A stretch of 64,000 nucleotides of DNA. It comes from Gracilinanus agilis. Lineage: Eukaryota. Numbering within the stretch: the stretch's first letter is position 1; every line of letters starts with the position of its first letter. Shown in pieces: positions 24,438 to 37,485 of this stretch. The stretch covers positions 134,852,425-134,916,424 of the forward strand of contig NC_058132.1 in the NCBI RefSeq assembly GCF_016433145.1, written 5' to 3'. Position numbers and translations under genes: made by a program. The notes below the pieces were generated by a model. It was not told where the DNA came from, made no database searches, and saw only the letters and a list, made by a program, of their open reading frames with translations.

Positions 24438-25819
24438 GGCTAGAGTGTATCTTTCCCTTTTATATTTTAAGTGTAAATTTTAGGGTGCTTGTGAAGGAGA
24501 CAGTCATACTTGCCCTTTTTTCCCCACCCCTGGAAAATGAAATCAGATGTTTTCTTGTTGCCAATTAAAATAATTTCTATCATTACAAGGATGAATCAAG
24601 GTTAAACATGCAGTGTTCAGGAAGTGGAGTCACATTTATTGAATGAAGTATTTCAGTGCATTAGAAGTGGCCAGGTTCTTTTATAACAAAACTTTTTAAA
24701 AGAATGCTGGCACAAAGTGTGCCAAAGACCAAGTTCGTAAAAATAAAATGCTATCATTCATCCAAAACTACAGGTGGACTATTGTATTTTACTTTAATAA
24801 TTATAGAGATATGATTTGTGGTATCCTTATGGAAATAATTACCTTTAGCAACATTTCTTCTCAAAATTCATGGAGTTCTATTTATTTTGGGTGAAGATGC
24901 CTCAATAATAAAAGAAAATACAATTTATTTTGGATTTTATGGCTTATTCAAGTTTGGAGTAATGCTAGCTTGGAGCACTCAGCATTATGAGTAATTCTAA
25001 TGAACTCTTCTTCACACAATGTTTACAAAATTGAATAATAATATATATTATTATCATATATATCACTCAGAAGGACCTCAAAGTGTTTCTCCATCCACTT
25101 AATTTATTCTAACTAGGTCCCTACAGTAGTCACATTGTTTTTTTTTCCATTTTAAAGTTGGGGAATATGATGCAAAGGAAGGTCAGATGGTTTTTCCAAT
25201 GTCATCTGGGCAGTGAAGACACAGAGAAGGGATTAGAGCACTGGCCTCTGGACAGGTAGCCAGATATTTGCCCTAAATCTGTGCTAAGTTTTAGATGAAT
25301 TCTTGACAAATGTGGCAACTTATTAATTGAATCAGTTGGCTTCAGAATGACCTAAATATGCCACTAATCTTAAAGAAGACCATAAGTACATGTTACGGCA
25401 GAGGATAAATCTTCACTACTATTGGTAAAAATAAATGACCACATTTTGTACTAATAAGTAGTGAGTAGATTCAGCATTGGGCGAATAGAACAATGAGTTT
25501 CAATAATAAAAAATGATGATAATATTTTTTATTCGTATAGACTTTAAAGTTTAAGAAGTATTTATACATATATCTCATTTGATCATCATAATAACCTCAT
25601 GCAGCAAGTAGAGAAGGTGATATTTTCTTCATTTTAGATGTTGAAAAAAAACCAAAGCTCAGGGGAAAGATAAGTGACTGGCTCAAAGTCACAGAGCTGG
25701 CAAGAAGTGGCAGAATGAGGCCTCACCCTTAGAGGTCCTATCACCACATCTGGTGAACAGATAGTGGGTTCTCATCATGAAGACATGACAGATTTTACTA
25801 CACTCATGCCACAGACAGG

Positions 25820-26070
25820 GCAGTTAGGTGGCACCCTGGATAGACTCCTGAGCCCAGAGTCAGAAAGACTCACCTCTGTGAGTTCGAATCTGGCCTCAGA
25901 CACTTACTAGCTGTATGACCCCTGGGCAAGATGCTTAAACCGATTTGCCTTAATTCCTCAACTATAAAATGAGCTGGAGAAGGAAATGGAGAAGGAAAAC
26001 CACTCCAAAATCTATGCCAAGAAAATCCCAAATGGGGACAAGAAAAAAGTAATAGTTGAATGATTGAACA
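25820..26070 (+). mobile_element. MAR1-type SINE
   Basis: GGGCAGTTAGGTGGCACC...GTTCGAATCTGGCCTCAGACAC...GAGCTGGAGAAGG. Confidence 0.85.
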
Positions 26071-26164
26071 GCAGGTCATAGACTGTAATATATTTGCTTA
26101 AGAACTTTGCTCTTGAGAATGATTTTTTTCCTTTATAAAAAATGGAATGACACAATGTATAAAA

Positions 26165-26400
26165 TTCTAGCCTAGAGTCAGGAAGACCCAAGTTCAAATA
26201 GGGCTCAGACCCTTACTAGCTGTATGACCTTGTGCAAATCATTGAACCTCTGCCTGCCTCAGTTTCCTCAACTATATAAAGAGGATAATTGTAGCATTTA
26301 TTTCACAGGATTGTTGTGAAGACCAAATGAAATGATATTTGTAAAACCCTTAGCACAGTAGTGCCCAGCACATAGTAGGTGCTTAATTGATATGACGCCC
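26165..26400 (+). mobile_element. MIR SINE with L2-type tail
   Basis: GAGTCAGGAAGACCCAAGTTCAAAT...CTCAGTTTCCTC...GCACATAGTAGGTGCTTAAT. Confidence 0.85.
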
Positions 26401-27442
26401 CCCCTACTTCCTTTCCCTTTAAGTTAGAAACTGAATATTGTTATGCTCATGAAAAATCAGATATGGAGCATCTTACTTGTATTTGTACCTTACTGTACTT
26501 CAGATCCTATACATCACCTAGCACAGTGCCTCACAGACACCCCAGGCACTCAATAAGCATGTTTGCTTATGAATGTTATACATATTGTCATATCCTTCAT
26601 TTACTTTGTTCCAACTTGCTGGTGATTTTTATAGACACCAAGTTCTTTAAAGAGGAAAAAGAAAGCAATCAATTCACACACACACACACACACACATGTA
26701 TACATACATGCACTGAACTCTATCTGGTATTGATTTACACCATTAAGGTGACTTTAGCTTCTCATTGATTGTCAGGATGAGGCCAAAGTATGGCTGCTGT
26801 TCACTAGATGAGGCAGGAGGCAATCTGATCTAAGGAGAAATGGGAGCACATTATCCACAGGAGATCGATACTGCATAAATTCCTTGTATGCTCTGGGTTT
26901 AAGGCAGACAGCCCCTTTTTGTTCATTTGGACAAATGAACACCTTTTACTAACAGCATGGAAGGATTAACTCCTGCTACACTCAGGGTGGCTTAAAAGGT
27001 TTTAAAGGGTGTTAAGTAGAAAAACACACTGGTGGTTGTATCATGAGAGTTCTTACACATTTAAAACATTATCTTGAAATGACTACAAATTTATTTTCAG
27101 CTTAGGAATTATTTTTAAAGCAAACACTTGCTTTTCTTAGTCATATGGATATGATTAAGTATTAAGAGGAAGTGTTTCCCACAATTTAGATATTTTCCCT
27201 GAAGCAATGAATTTGGACTCTGTCATTCAAGACTATCAAGCAAATACATAAATTATGAGTTCTCCCTTCCTGATTCTCCCATTGAAATAATTTTATTTAC
27301 CAAGCAACTGGATAGAAATGCTTCAAAACACCACTGAAGTTTGAGTAAATAGGTAATTAACTCGTTAAAATGAAACCCTTTAACATTTATATAGTCCAGG
27401 GGGAAAATGAATAATTAAAGCATTTAAATAATGATGAAATTA

Positions 27443-27444
<2 letters not shown>

Positions 27445-27483
<39 letters not shown>
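27445..27483. repeat. (TG)n microsatellite
   Basis: Direct reading. Confidence 0.95.
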
Positions 27484-27487
<4 letters not shown>

Positions 27488-27779
27488 ACTGGGGAAGTCT
27501 CAAGCTTGTAAAAACTATATAGCTAGTGTGGATCTAAAATTAGATGGGAACAGATTCTAGATCAGGCATGTTTAGGTGATTTTTTTCTCTTTACTCATCA
27601 GCTAAGACCTGAATTTATGCTCTTGTGTTTTTTGAAAGGAGTAAAACTCACAACTAAAGCATGGCTTATTGTTTCCCGCTCTCACTAGAAACTCCAGCAG
27701 TCACTATGGCAAAATGAACAAACCAAAAAGATGCCCATCAACTGGGGAATGGCTAAAAAAACTGTAGTACATGAATGTT

Positions 27780-28068
27780 GTACTACTAGGTGGTGATGTG
27801 CTGGGTCTGGAACCAGGAAGATTCATCTCAATACTTTCCCCATTCCCCATCTTGTCTCTTTACATTAGTAACTGAACATTATGATGCCTCAGACTTTTTA
27901 GCTTGTGTGATCCTGGGCAAGTCACTTAATTCTGTTTGCCTCAATTTTTTGTCTATAAAAGAATCCAGAGAAGGAAATGGCAAACCACTCCAGTATCTTT
28001 GCCCAGAAAACCTCAAATGGGGTCCCAAAGAGTGGGTCGTGACTGAACAACAACAATAATAACAACAA
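27780..28068 (+). mobile_element. MAR1-type SINE inserted in L1, TSD ACATGAATGTT
   Basis: 11-bp direct repeat at about 27769 and 28069; (CAA)n tail. Confidence 0.8.
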
Positions 28069-28103
28069 ACATGAATGTTATGGAATAACTTCACTGTATA
28101 GAA

Positions 28104-28312
28104 CAGGGGTCGGTAACCTTTTTGGCCGTGAGAGTCATAAACTCCACATTTTTTAAAATGTAACTTCATGAGAGCCGTACAGTGCTCACAGTGCGCGCTC
28201 CTGTAACAGCAGCCTGAAAAAAAAATTGACTTCATGGCTCCTGCAGAAAGAGCCATATCTGGCCCTCAAAAGAGCCAGATATGGCTTGAGAGCTATATGT
28301 TGCCAACCCCTG
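28104..28312. mobile_element. Young non-autonomous hAT MITE (209 bp), OposCharlie1-like
   Basis: TIRs CAGGGGTCGGTAAC / GTTGCCAACCCCTG; 8-bp TSD GTATAGAA / GTACAGAA; several CpGs retained. Confidence 0.9.
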
Positions 28313-29467
28313 GTACAGAAGAATGAAGATGAAAAACTGAATTAAAGGGGAGAAGATTTATATGAATTATTGCAAAGTAAGCAGAACCAGGAAAATAATA
28401 TGCACAATATCTACCAAAAAAGCTCTGGGGGAAAAAAAAACCTCACAGCTGACACTATATAATTATAATGATCAAGAACTTGACCTCTAAGAGATAAGGA
28501 AATGGATGTCTCTTTCTTCTCTGCAGTGGTAGAAGACTAGGGTATCCAAATGTCAAACTCAACTGATGTGATTGTTGGTTTCACTAAACTCTTTTTTTCT
28601 TATTATTTTCAAGTTTTTGTCACAAAGGATAGGTCTCTAGACAGGAGAAAGTAAATGGTAATATTTGGAAATAATGGCAACATAAAAATAAAAGATAGAG
28701 ATATATTTTAAAAAGAAAAATAAAAGGAATTCCAGGAAAGAAAAAACTTCTTTAAGCCATGCAAAGAGTTTAAAGGAGCATATTTACTAAAGAATAACAC
28801 TGGGTTTTATTATTATACAAAAAGATAATGAAAAGACAAATGACAGCATAATTGTCTTTCTTTGAAAAAGAAATGTATGTCTAGTATGTTTACTTAAGAA
28901 TATAACCTGAGCTAATTTTATTTCATATTAAATCTCCCAAGTCATTTAATCAATCATTCATTACAAATATATTTACAAATTTGAGCCTAAAGATGGAAAA
29001 TGAATTTATTCCCTTCAAACTAAAATTCTCTAATATTTATGTTTAATAAGTTATTACCATCTTTTTCTTACCTGAAGTTTGGAGAATCATTTTTATAATA
29101 CTGCATTCAGGGAGGCATAACCTGCTTGGAGAGATCGTAACAGAGCAGGAATAATGTGACCTTTTACTTGTGGCATACCAAATGCTTATATATTGCCTTC
29201 CACATACTAAGTGCTTAAATAAATGTTTAATTGAATTCAAGTTGTTTTAAAACATGTTTGGAATGCTCTCTCCCTTCATCTCTGCATCCTCGCTCCCCTA
29301 GCTTCCTTTAAATCCTACCTAAAATCTTAACTTTTACAAAACGCCTTTCCCACTGTCCCATAATTTGAGCGCCTTTTATCATCAATTTATCTTGTTTATA
29401 TATTTTTTGTTCTTAATTTTCATGTTGTCACCCGATTAGACTATGAGCTCCTCCCGAGCAGGGACTG

Positions 29468-29501
<34 letters not shown>

Positions 29502-29729
29502 TTAGCATAGTGTAGGTAGGTACTTAGTAAATGTAATAAAAGTTTCCTGACTGGCTGAAATTCTATCTTTTCCTCCCTACTGTCTATCAGATTTTAGTAC
29601 AAAGTTAAAGTTTAAAAAAATATTCACTAATGTGTCTGATGTTGAAGGTTTTTTTTTCCCTCCCTATGAATTGAGAAGTAACATGATGTTTAGGAGATAT
29701 AATGTTGGACTTGGAGTCATTATGGTTTG

Positions 29730-29955
29730 GTTTGTTCGGTTGTTTTAGTCATATCTGGCTCTTTGTTGCCACTAATTGGGGTTCTCTTTGCAAAGATAGA
29801 GTAGTTTGTGATTTCCTTTTTCAGCTTATTTTACATATGAGGAAGCTGAGGCAAACAGGTCAAGTGACTTGTCCAGAGTGACATGGTTAATAAAAGTTTG
29901 AGGCCAGATTTGAACTCAGGAAGGTGAGTCGATTCTCTGTTCCACTTAGTTGCCC
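29730..29955 (-). mobile_element. MAR1-type SINE
   Basis: RTE-like tail antisense and GAGGAAGCTGAGGCAAACAGG core. Confidence 0.8.
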
Positions 29956-30704
29956 AGAACCATAAAGACCTGTGTTCAAAACCAGCCTCTGGTACTTATT
30001 GGTTATATGTGATCATGGACAAGACACTTATTCTCTCTGAGTCTCAGTTTTTTTATCCTTAATACAGATAATAATATCTACAGTCTCTAACTAGCTCCTA
30101 GGGTTGTCATATGGTTCAAATGAGACAATGTATGTATAAAACTATATAAATGTCAGCCTTTATAATTATTAGTTTCTGAGCCTAGTGGATCAATGATTAA
30201 AAGCATACAAGTCCAAAAACCAGAGCCCAGCCAACTTAACAGCACAGCACACTATGTGTAGTGGGTAGTATAACTAGGAACCGATTGTACCTGAAATATA
30301 ATCTTTTACAGTTTTAATCTACATTTTTCCCAACAATAAGCCTAAAGTGACAATTAATAATCACAGCATTTATACAGTACTTTAAGGTTTGCAAAACACT
30401 TTACAAATATAATTTCATTTGAGCCTCACAGAAATCTTGAAACCTAGACCTGTTTCTTATTCCCATTTTATGGATGAGAAAAATGAGGCAGGGGGAGATT
30501 TGTGACATGCTCAAGACAACAGAGATAGTAAGTATTTCAGGCTGGATTTGAACCCAGGGCTTCCAGAATCTGGGTCCATCACTCTATATAAATACTTGAT
30601 GTAGCAACAATTAAACCTTTCAATGTTTATTGGACCTTTTGGGAAAATAGATACACTGGATCCGTTGGTCATTTTCATTCAGAATACCATATAGCATTGA
30701 TGTT

Positions 30705-30906
30705 TTTTTTTTAAACCTTGATCTTCCATCTTAGAATTAATGCTGCATATTGGTTCCAAGACAGAAGAGTAGTAAGAGCTAGGCAATGGGGATTAAGTGA
30801 CTTGTCAAGGGGCACACAGCTAGGAAGTGTCTGAGGCCAGATTTAAACCCAGGACCTTTTGTCTCTAGACCTGGCTCTCAGGTCTCTGAGCCATCTAACT
30901 GCCCCC
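30705..30906 (-). mobile_element. Opossum SINE1-type element with 12-bp TSD
   Basis: TSD AGCATTGATGTT (30693-30704) / AGCACTGATGTT (30907-30918). Confidence 0.9.
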
Positions 30907-31444
30907 AGCACTGATGTTAAAAGAAGGAAAGATCTCTATCAGGTTGGGAATATTTTACTTGCCAAGCCACACAGAATTATAAAAACTAAATTAAAATGGA
31001 AGGATGAGAATCCCCTCCAAAGAAAAGTACCAAGAACAGATTCAAACTCATCAGGGGATAAGCATTACAATAACTTTGGAGAAATCCCTGGATTCAAGCA
31101 TTTTCATTGGAAAATCCAGTTGCTCACGTGCCTCATTCACTGCAGCTGTCAAATATTCTACTTGGTGCTTTCTAGGTTAGCAGGTGTGGATCAAGGTTAA
31201 ATTGCATGGAATTTGAGTGAAGGGGAGGATACGTGCATTTACTTTCTAGGATTCATGCCTTGCCTCGGTCAATCAATGCCCTGTTTCCTGAGTACTATAT
31301 TTATAATTCAGTAACATAAAGAATGGGAAAACTTTTAAAAGCACATACTTCTCAGAGTCTAGAATGAACTGTCCACCCCCCCTTGAAAGTATTACTGAAG
31401 TGTAAACAAACCCACTAATTTGAACTCTCCTAGGATAGAGTTCT

Positions 31445-31686
31445 TGGGCAACTAGATAGCCTCATGGCTAATGTGCCAGGACTGGAGTCAGGAAAACTTA
31501 TTTTCCTGAATTCAAATCTGGCCTCAGAAAATCTTAAGAGCTGTGTGGCCCTGGGTAAATGACTTAACCCTGTTTGCCTCAGTTTCTTCATTTGTAAAAT
31601 GAGCGAGAGAAGGAAATGGCAAACCTCTATCTTTACAAAGAAAATCCCAAATGGGGTCAACCAAGAGTTGGATATGACTGAACAAG
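31445..31686 (+). mobile_element. MAR1-type SINE
   Basis: GGGCAACTAGATAGC...GGAAATGGCAAACC...GACTGAACAA. Confidence 0.9.
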
Positions 31687-33894
31687 AGGGTGGAGTTCTT
31701 AGAATGAATGATGTGTGAAGCAGGTGACATAACACTTGAGAAGATATTATTTAAAGAGTTTTTTTTTAAGGTGTCCCAAAGAAACCCTTAGAAACATATA
31801 AAAAGCTATACCATTTGCAAACCCTTCTTGACATCAGAGGAATTTGGACAAAGTAAGGCTGGTCTATCTAGCTATCTGTCTCAACAATCTTAGTGCAATT
31901 TCAAAGATGAATTGCATAAAAGTACACTAAGACTTGGAATACCTTGTAGATTTCATTCAAATTTCTAAGTGAAAATGCACATGGAGAAAGAATAAAAGAA
32001 ACTGTTTTCTCAATAGACTTTCAAAACGTGTTCAAATCATAGAAAATTAAATTTACTATTGAAAACCATCCTGCTTCACAGACTGGATTTGAATTGTGGA
32101 TTTGGGGGAACAAAAATTAGAGCTTAAATTTCGACATCTGAACACAAGTTGGCATATATAATGTGATCACCAGGACTCACTATTTTTCCTGGTGGTGAGC
32201 ATTTCTTATTAGATTTCCACTTTAAAAAAAAAGCAACACGGAAGCATATGGAATAGCCTCTTTCCACTCAGCATCTGGTCTTTAACTTTCTACAAACAGA
32301 TTACAGTAAAAACAAGCTGATTAAACACACCAACGTGTTTGCTTAAGGGTGTTGAATGGACAACCCATTACACTTGGAGCTTGAGTCCCATTTACTTCCA
32401 GGTGCAATCTATGAAGTTCTCTGTGTTTGATTCAAAGACTACTGTTGCTGATGGGATCTGAGGACCTGGATTCAAAATTCTGTTTCTGTTGGGGACCATC
32501 TTTGGGACCTTGGGCAAGTCACTTCATCTTCTGAAGCCTCAGGTGTGGGACTAGATGACTTCTAAGATCTCTTTTCACTCTGACTCTATATACTTTAATA
32601 ACAGCTCACCCCCAACTCCAACTCCAGCCTTCTTTAGATAAACTGAACCCTAGGGCATTGCTTTAACTAAAGGTAGTGCTTTTGTTAATGACAGTTGGAG
32701 TTCACCCAGGAGCAAGAGCCAGGGTGTATTTTCAGTAAAGAGGCGCCATGTCTTGATTTCTTATCCCTATGTCCCATGAGCTACTGGAATCTCACAAGAG
32801 TAATATGAATATTTTTAAAGGATTTTATATAAACTTTCTAGGGGAATATCATCAGTTTTGGAGTTACTTTTGTGTCTTTGAGCGTATACATCCATCACTG
32901 CCCATTGAAAGATACATTGGCTAAAATATTAATTAAATCACTATTTATTAGTGTGTGTTTGACTGGGAATGCTCTTCACCTTTGGCCCCCAATATTAGTA
33001 AACTAAAGGGTTCTGGGGGTGCTCACGGCATGGAAAAATACCTCTTCCCCCATGTGTTGTTCATATCTGGGGAAAGGTCAGGCTCAGCCCTACCCTTCCC
33101 TTTGACTAGCCTGTGTTTGCCAGTGGTTTCCTTCCTGATGTAGAACCAGCCTTCTTAACAAACAAGGACATGCCAATGACCTAGAGAGATCTCAGTAGCC
33201 AAACCCACATAAAATTTACCTTCATGTACAAAGCTTGGTTGTGTGTTTTTTCCCCTTTTCTTCTTTAAATCAGTGAAAAACTATGTGATTTGTTTCAATG
33301 AGGAACAAACTTCTTTCTCTCCCTCCTCTTGCTTCTCCTAGGTGAAGTGAGACCTAAGACAGTGCTTCAGCTACTTATAGTCAATCAGAAACCATTTAAT
33401 ATAAATCAACTTCTAAGGAGAAATAAAGGAGTATAAAATACTCATCTTTCTCTGGAGGAACTTATTATCTAGTTTAGGAAAAGAAGAACATATGGTGAAA
33501 AGTAACTAAGATAAAGGCTGCTGACAGAAGAGTACTAATGACACACATATGACAGAACAGTACTAATGTGGTGGTGGTGGGAGGGTTATGAGAGTTCAAA
33601 GAATGAAGAAAAATCCATTTGGGGATGCAGTGGTTATGAAGACATATGAAATGTGCTGGGCCTTGAAAGAGAGTGAGGATTCAAATAAATGGATGGAGAT
33701 AGGGAAAAACTGATGAATTTGTTCAGACTAATGAATGAAGCCTTGAAGGTAAGTAGGTAAAAAGCCATAAGAGGTTGGATTGAGTGGGAGTGAGGTATGG
33801 GAGTTTTATGAAAATAGATAGTTCCAGAGAAGTCTGGAAAGCCAAAAGGGGCTAGATCGTAGAAAAATGTATCATCCTTGGAAATGGTATGACA

Positions 33895-34110
33895 GTATAT
33901 TGTTCCATTGTGTTTGATTCTCTGCAACTTCATTTGGGGTTTTCTTGGCAAAGATGTTGGAGTAGTTTGCCATTTCCTTCTTCAGCTCATTTTATAGATG
34001 CAGAAACTGAGGCAAACAAAGTAAAGTGATTTGCCCAGCTAGCAAGTATCTGAAGGCAGAGTTGAATTTAGGAAGATGTGCCTTTTCTAGCCTGTATCAC
34101 CTAGCTGCTC
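33895..34110 (-). mobile_element. MAR1-type SINE
   Basis: GGGGTTTTCTTGGCAAAGATGTTGGAGTAGTTTGCCATTTCCTTC. Confidence 0.85.
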
Positions 34111-34779
34111 TTGTGACATATAGAGTGCTAAACTCAGAATCAAGAAGACAGGGGTTCAAATCCTGCCTCTGCTACTTACTAGTTATATGACTATGGGCAA
34201 GTCACTTATAAACAAAACCTTGTTTTCCTGATCTATAAAATATCTTCCTCATAGGGTTGTTGTAAATTCAAGTGGAATTATGTACATAAAACACTCTGAA
34301 AATACCATGTAAATCTTATTATGAGTAATCTAAAAATGTTCTTGATTTATTCAATAGAATTCAGACAGAAATGGTTCTAGGACAAGTTAATGCCCTATTT
34401 GACATTGATGATTATTGTTATTAACTTACTATAAACATGTTTTTGATAGAATTCAGATAGAAACAGTGCTAAAACAAGGGACAACCCTATTATTCTTTCA
34501 TATTTAGGTTTTCTACAGACTTTAGGCACTATTTACTAAAGATGGATATAAATACTAATTAGGCTATAAGCTCATCCTCCGTAGGCTCACTAAAAACCTC
34601 TTCCAGTTGTTGATAGGATAAAAGGAGGGATGACATGTTCCTCATCCCATTCCCACATAATTATGATCTCAGGTGGGTCTCTTCTATTTGGAAAGCTTTT
34701 AATTCCAATTGTGATATGGAGGTTATGAGTATTTGTTATGACAACATCTATTAAAATGTTCTTAAGTTTTATGGATCAT

Positions 34780-35225
34780 TGTTAATGAAAAAGCATTTAT
34801 CAAGAATTTTCTAAATGTCACACCCTATGCTAAGTGTTTGGGATACAAAGAAAGACAAAAATAGTCTTTGTCTTCAAGGTCTTCAATTCTAGTGGAGACA
34901 AATTGTAAATAGCTAGCTAGATACGACGTAGCACAGAGTAGGTGGAAGTAATCTCAGAGGGCAAGAAACTAGCATCTTGGTTGGACCAGCAAAGGCCTCC
35001 TGTAAAGGATGATATTGGAGCTGAGTCTTGAAAAAAGATAGGAAAACTAAGAGGAAAAGGTGAGGAGGAAGAATATTAACAGGCCAAAGGAAGAACTAAT
35101 AAAAAAGAGATAGAAGATGGATTGTCAAGTGTGACAAATAGCAAATATACTAGGGTTGTTGGATAATTGACTATGTAGAAGGAAATTCAGTATAAGATTG
35201 GAATGTAGGAAGCATCCAAGTTATG
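34780..35225 (-). mobile_element. L2 fragment followed by a short isolated RTE/MAR1 tail (35225-35270)
   Basis: AAAAGCATTTATCAAG...GCTAAGTGTTTGGGATAC; then GTCATAAAGAGTTGGACACAACTGAAATGACTGAACAACAAC. Confidence 0.7.
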
Positions 35226-37485
35226 AAGTCATAAAGAGTTGGACACAACTGAAATGACTGAACAACAACATTATCATCACTACTCTCCATAAATGGTAGC
35301 ATCTGACCATAAGGCAGAGTGGGACTTTCTCTGAAGATAACTTTCAAATATTAGGGCCTCAAAGTATAGCAAGTTTACAATATTTTATCTGAAGTAAATG
35401 ATTACAAAAATTGCAGGAGAGATTGATCATGATCCCTGATCATCCTCATCCCAACTCCCACCCTGATAAATTCCTGATTTGGAAATATTTAGAAAGAACT
35501 TAAAAAGAGAATAAGAAAAATGGAACTCAAAGAAGAAAGGAATTGCCACCAGATTGCTAGATATTCAGTATTCAGAATAAAAGCTGGCCCACCAACAAGA
35601 AACCCTCTCTTCTGGCTTCTCATTAGGAAGATTGGACAGGTGTCAACATCGAAATAAGAGTGTACATCTCACTTCATGCAGAACATTGAAGTGTTCTGGC
35701 AACATTTACAAGGCACTAGAGTACCCAGTGCATCCAATTTGGAAGGCAGTGCAACCTGGGTGAAACTAATTACAATGTTAGCCTAGGATCTTGGGTAAGA
35801 TAAACTGGGGCAGGATCAGAGTGAAGTGGTAGGCTAAGTAGGTGGTCTTTCCTCGGCTTAAGCCCCTTTAATTAGAAGTGCTAAACTACATGGTTCCAAA
35901 TCAAGAATAGGAGAAATGACAGCAAGTACTAGGATCTTCCCCTAGGATAAGATTTAGGTAAAAGATCGTGGTAGATGCAAAGAAAAGAGTCTTTCATATT
36001 ATAGAAGAGGCAAATTGAGTTGGGGGAGGCAGGGCAAAGTGGAAGGCAAAATACAAGTATCTGTTATAGGAAAATAGAAGGGGAAAATTAAAGTCAGAAA
36101 TGAAAGGAGAGAGAAAGTATCTTGCTAAAGATAGATGCAAGAGGAATTTCCATGAGAAAAATTGTTTTATTCCATTGGTTTGATAGAAACAATAACAAAA
36201 CCGAGAAAACTTCTTTTAATCTTTAGTGGGTGAGTTGAAGAAAGTTGAGAAAAAGAAGGAAGTTCATACATTTACTTATAAGTTTAAATGAAAAGAACTC
36301 AAAAGAAAATAATTGGGAACATTTCTATGGTACCCATTTCAAGATATTTGCTCTTTGCAGAAGAATTTTTACACCTGGTACTCATCTCAGACCTAAGAAC
36401 AAACCTTGGGGAACAGAAATTCTTTAGGAAAGCTATTTTTTGGAGTATGATCTTAAGACCCTGTTACAATAATTTGTGACCTCCCAAAGTAGCCTAAAGA
36501 ACATCTGATTTCAGCATGACAATTATCATTATTATCAGTGACAACTTCCTTGATTTCTTTTCTTTTCAATTTTATATTATCAAACAGCCCTTGCAACTGG
36601 ATCTAATCGAAAAGACCACTCAGAAAATCACCTCCAGTTTTTTGTTGTCCTTTTTTTTTTTACTAGAAATCTTGCATAAATAATTACTTCACATTCTCTC
36701 CATAGTAAAAAAATAATCCAATTCAAAGATCAATGATCTTAATATCTTGATAAGTCACAGTTTGTAGCCTCAAATATCTTCTTGTTTTAAGAATTTGTCT
36801 TATGTGTCCTGCCTATAAATCATGTATATACATGCACATCGGAAGTGAATGCCAATTTGGTCTGTGAGCAGAACTAAAAATTCAACATTCTCTTGTACAT
36901 TACTAAATTTCACCATCCAAATTATTCAACTGAACCCTACTACAAATATTTTCAGGCTCCAATGCAGGACAGGAATTCAAAGCATGCATCTGAGTATTTA
37001 ATGGTGTTAATTTCTGGCTGCACATAAACATCAGTTCCATTTAACAAGTCAGTATCTTAAGAAAGTAAAGCAAATAAGTCCCAGCCAGACACAGCAAGTC
37101 GGGTTCTTCAGAACTACAAGAAAAACAATTCAGGGACTGATGCCTGGCTACCAGAAATATATCTAACATATATCAAGTTCTTTGTTTAAAGGTACTTCTT
37201 AAATATGAGTATCACAGACCTAAATTACAGAATCTTTGCCTATTCATTTATATATAAAAGAAAACGCAGGAGGAACAATCCCGAACAAAAAGATTTTATG
37301 CTCTCAAATGCAGGTTTGTTTAGATTTTTAAATTTAAGCACTCCTCTTTGGCTTTCCAACTACAAAGCTCAATCATACCTGGAGCAATTTTTGAATTGAA
37401 AGCATAACCAATGAAATAAAAATGAGTGTTGTGGTTTTTTTTAAAACTAGCAGGCACTTGTTAAGGAGAAAAGAATTTGTCTTAC

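Larger units (their letters stand above)
27705..28720 (+). mobile_element. Old L1 3' end interrupted by MAR1 and a hAT MITE
   Basis: GATGCCCATCAACTGGGGAATGGCTAAAAAAACTGTAGTACATGAATG (CPSTGEWLKKL motif); resumes after the insertions. Confidence 0.8.

Noticed and set aside
24635-24640. AATAAA on the minus strand as a transcript end
   Set aside because: The hexamer is common in AT-rich DNA and no terminal exon could be tied to it.
33522-33568. 19-bp direct repeat pair TGACAGAA(G/C)AGTACTAATG as a CRISPR-like array
   Set aside because: Only two units with a ~9-nt spacer, in eukaryotic L2-like context; a simple slippage duplication.
35370-36180. Possible second LTR element
   Set aside because: LTR-like composition, but no TG...CA termini with a TSD could be defined.
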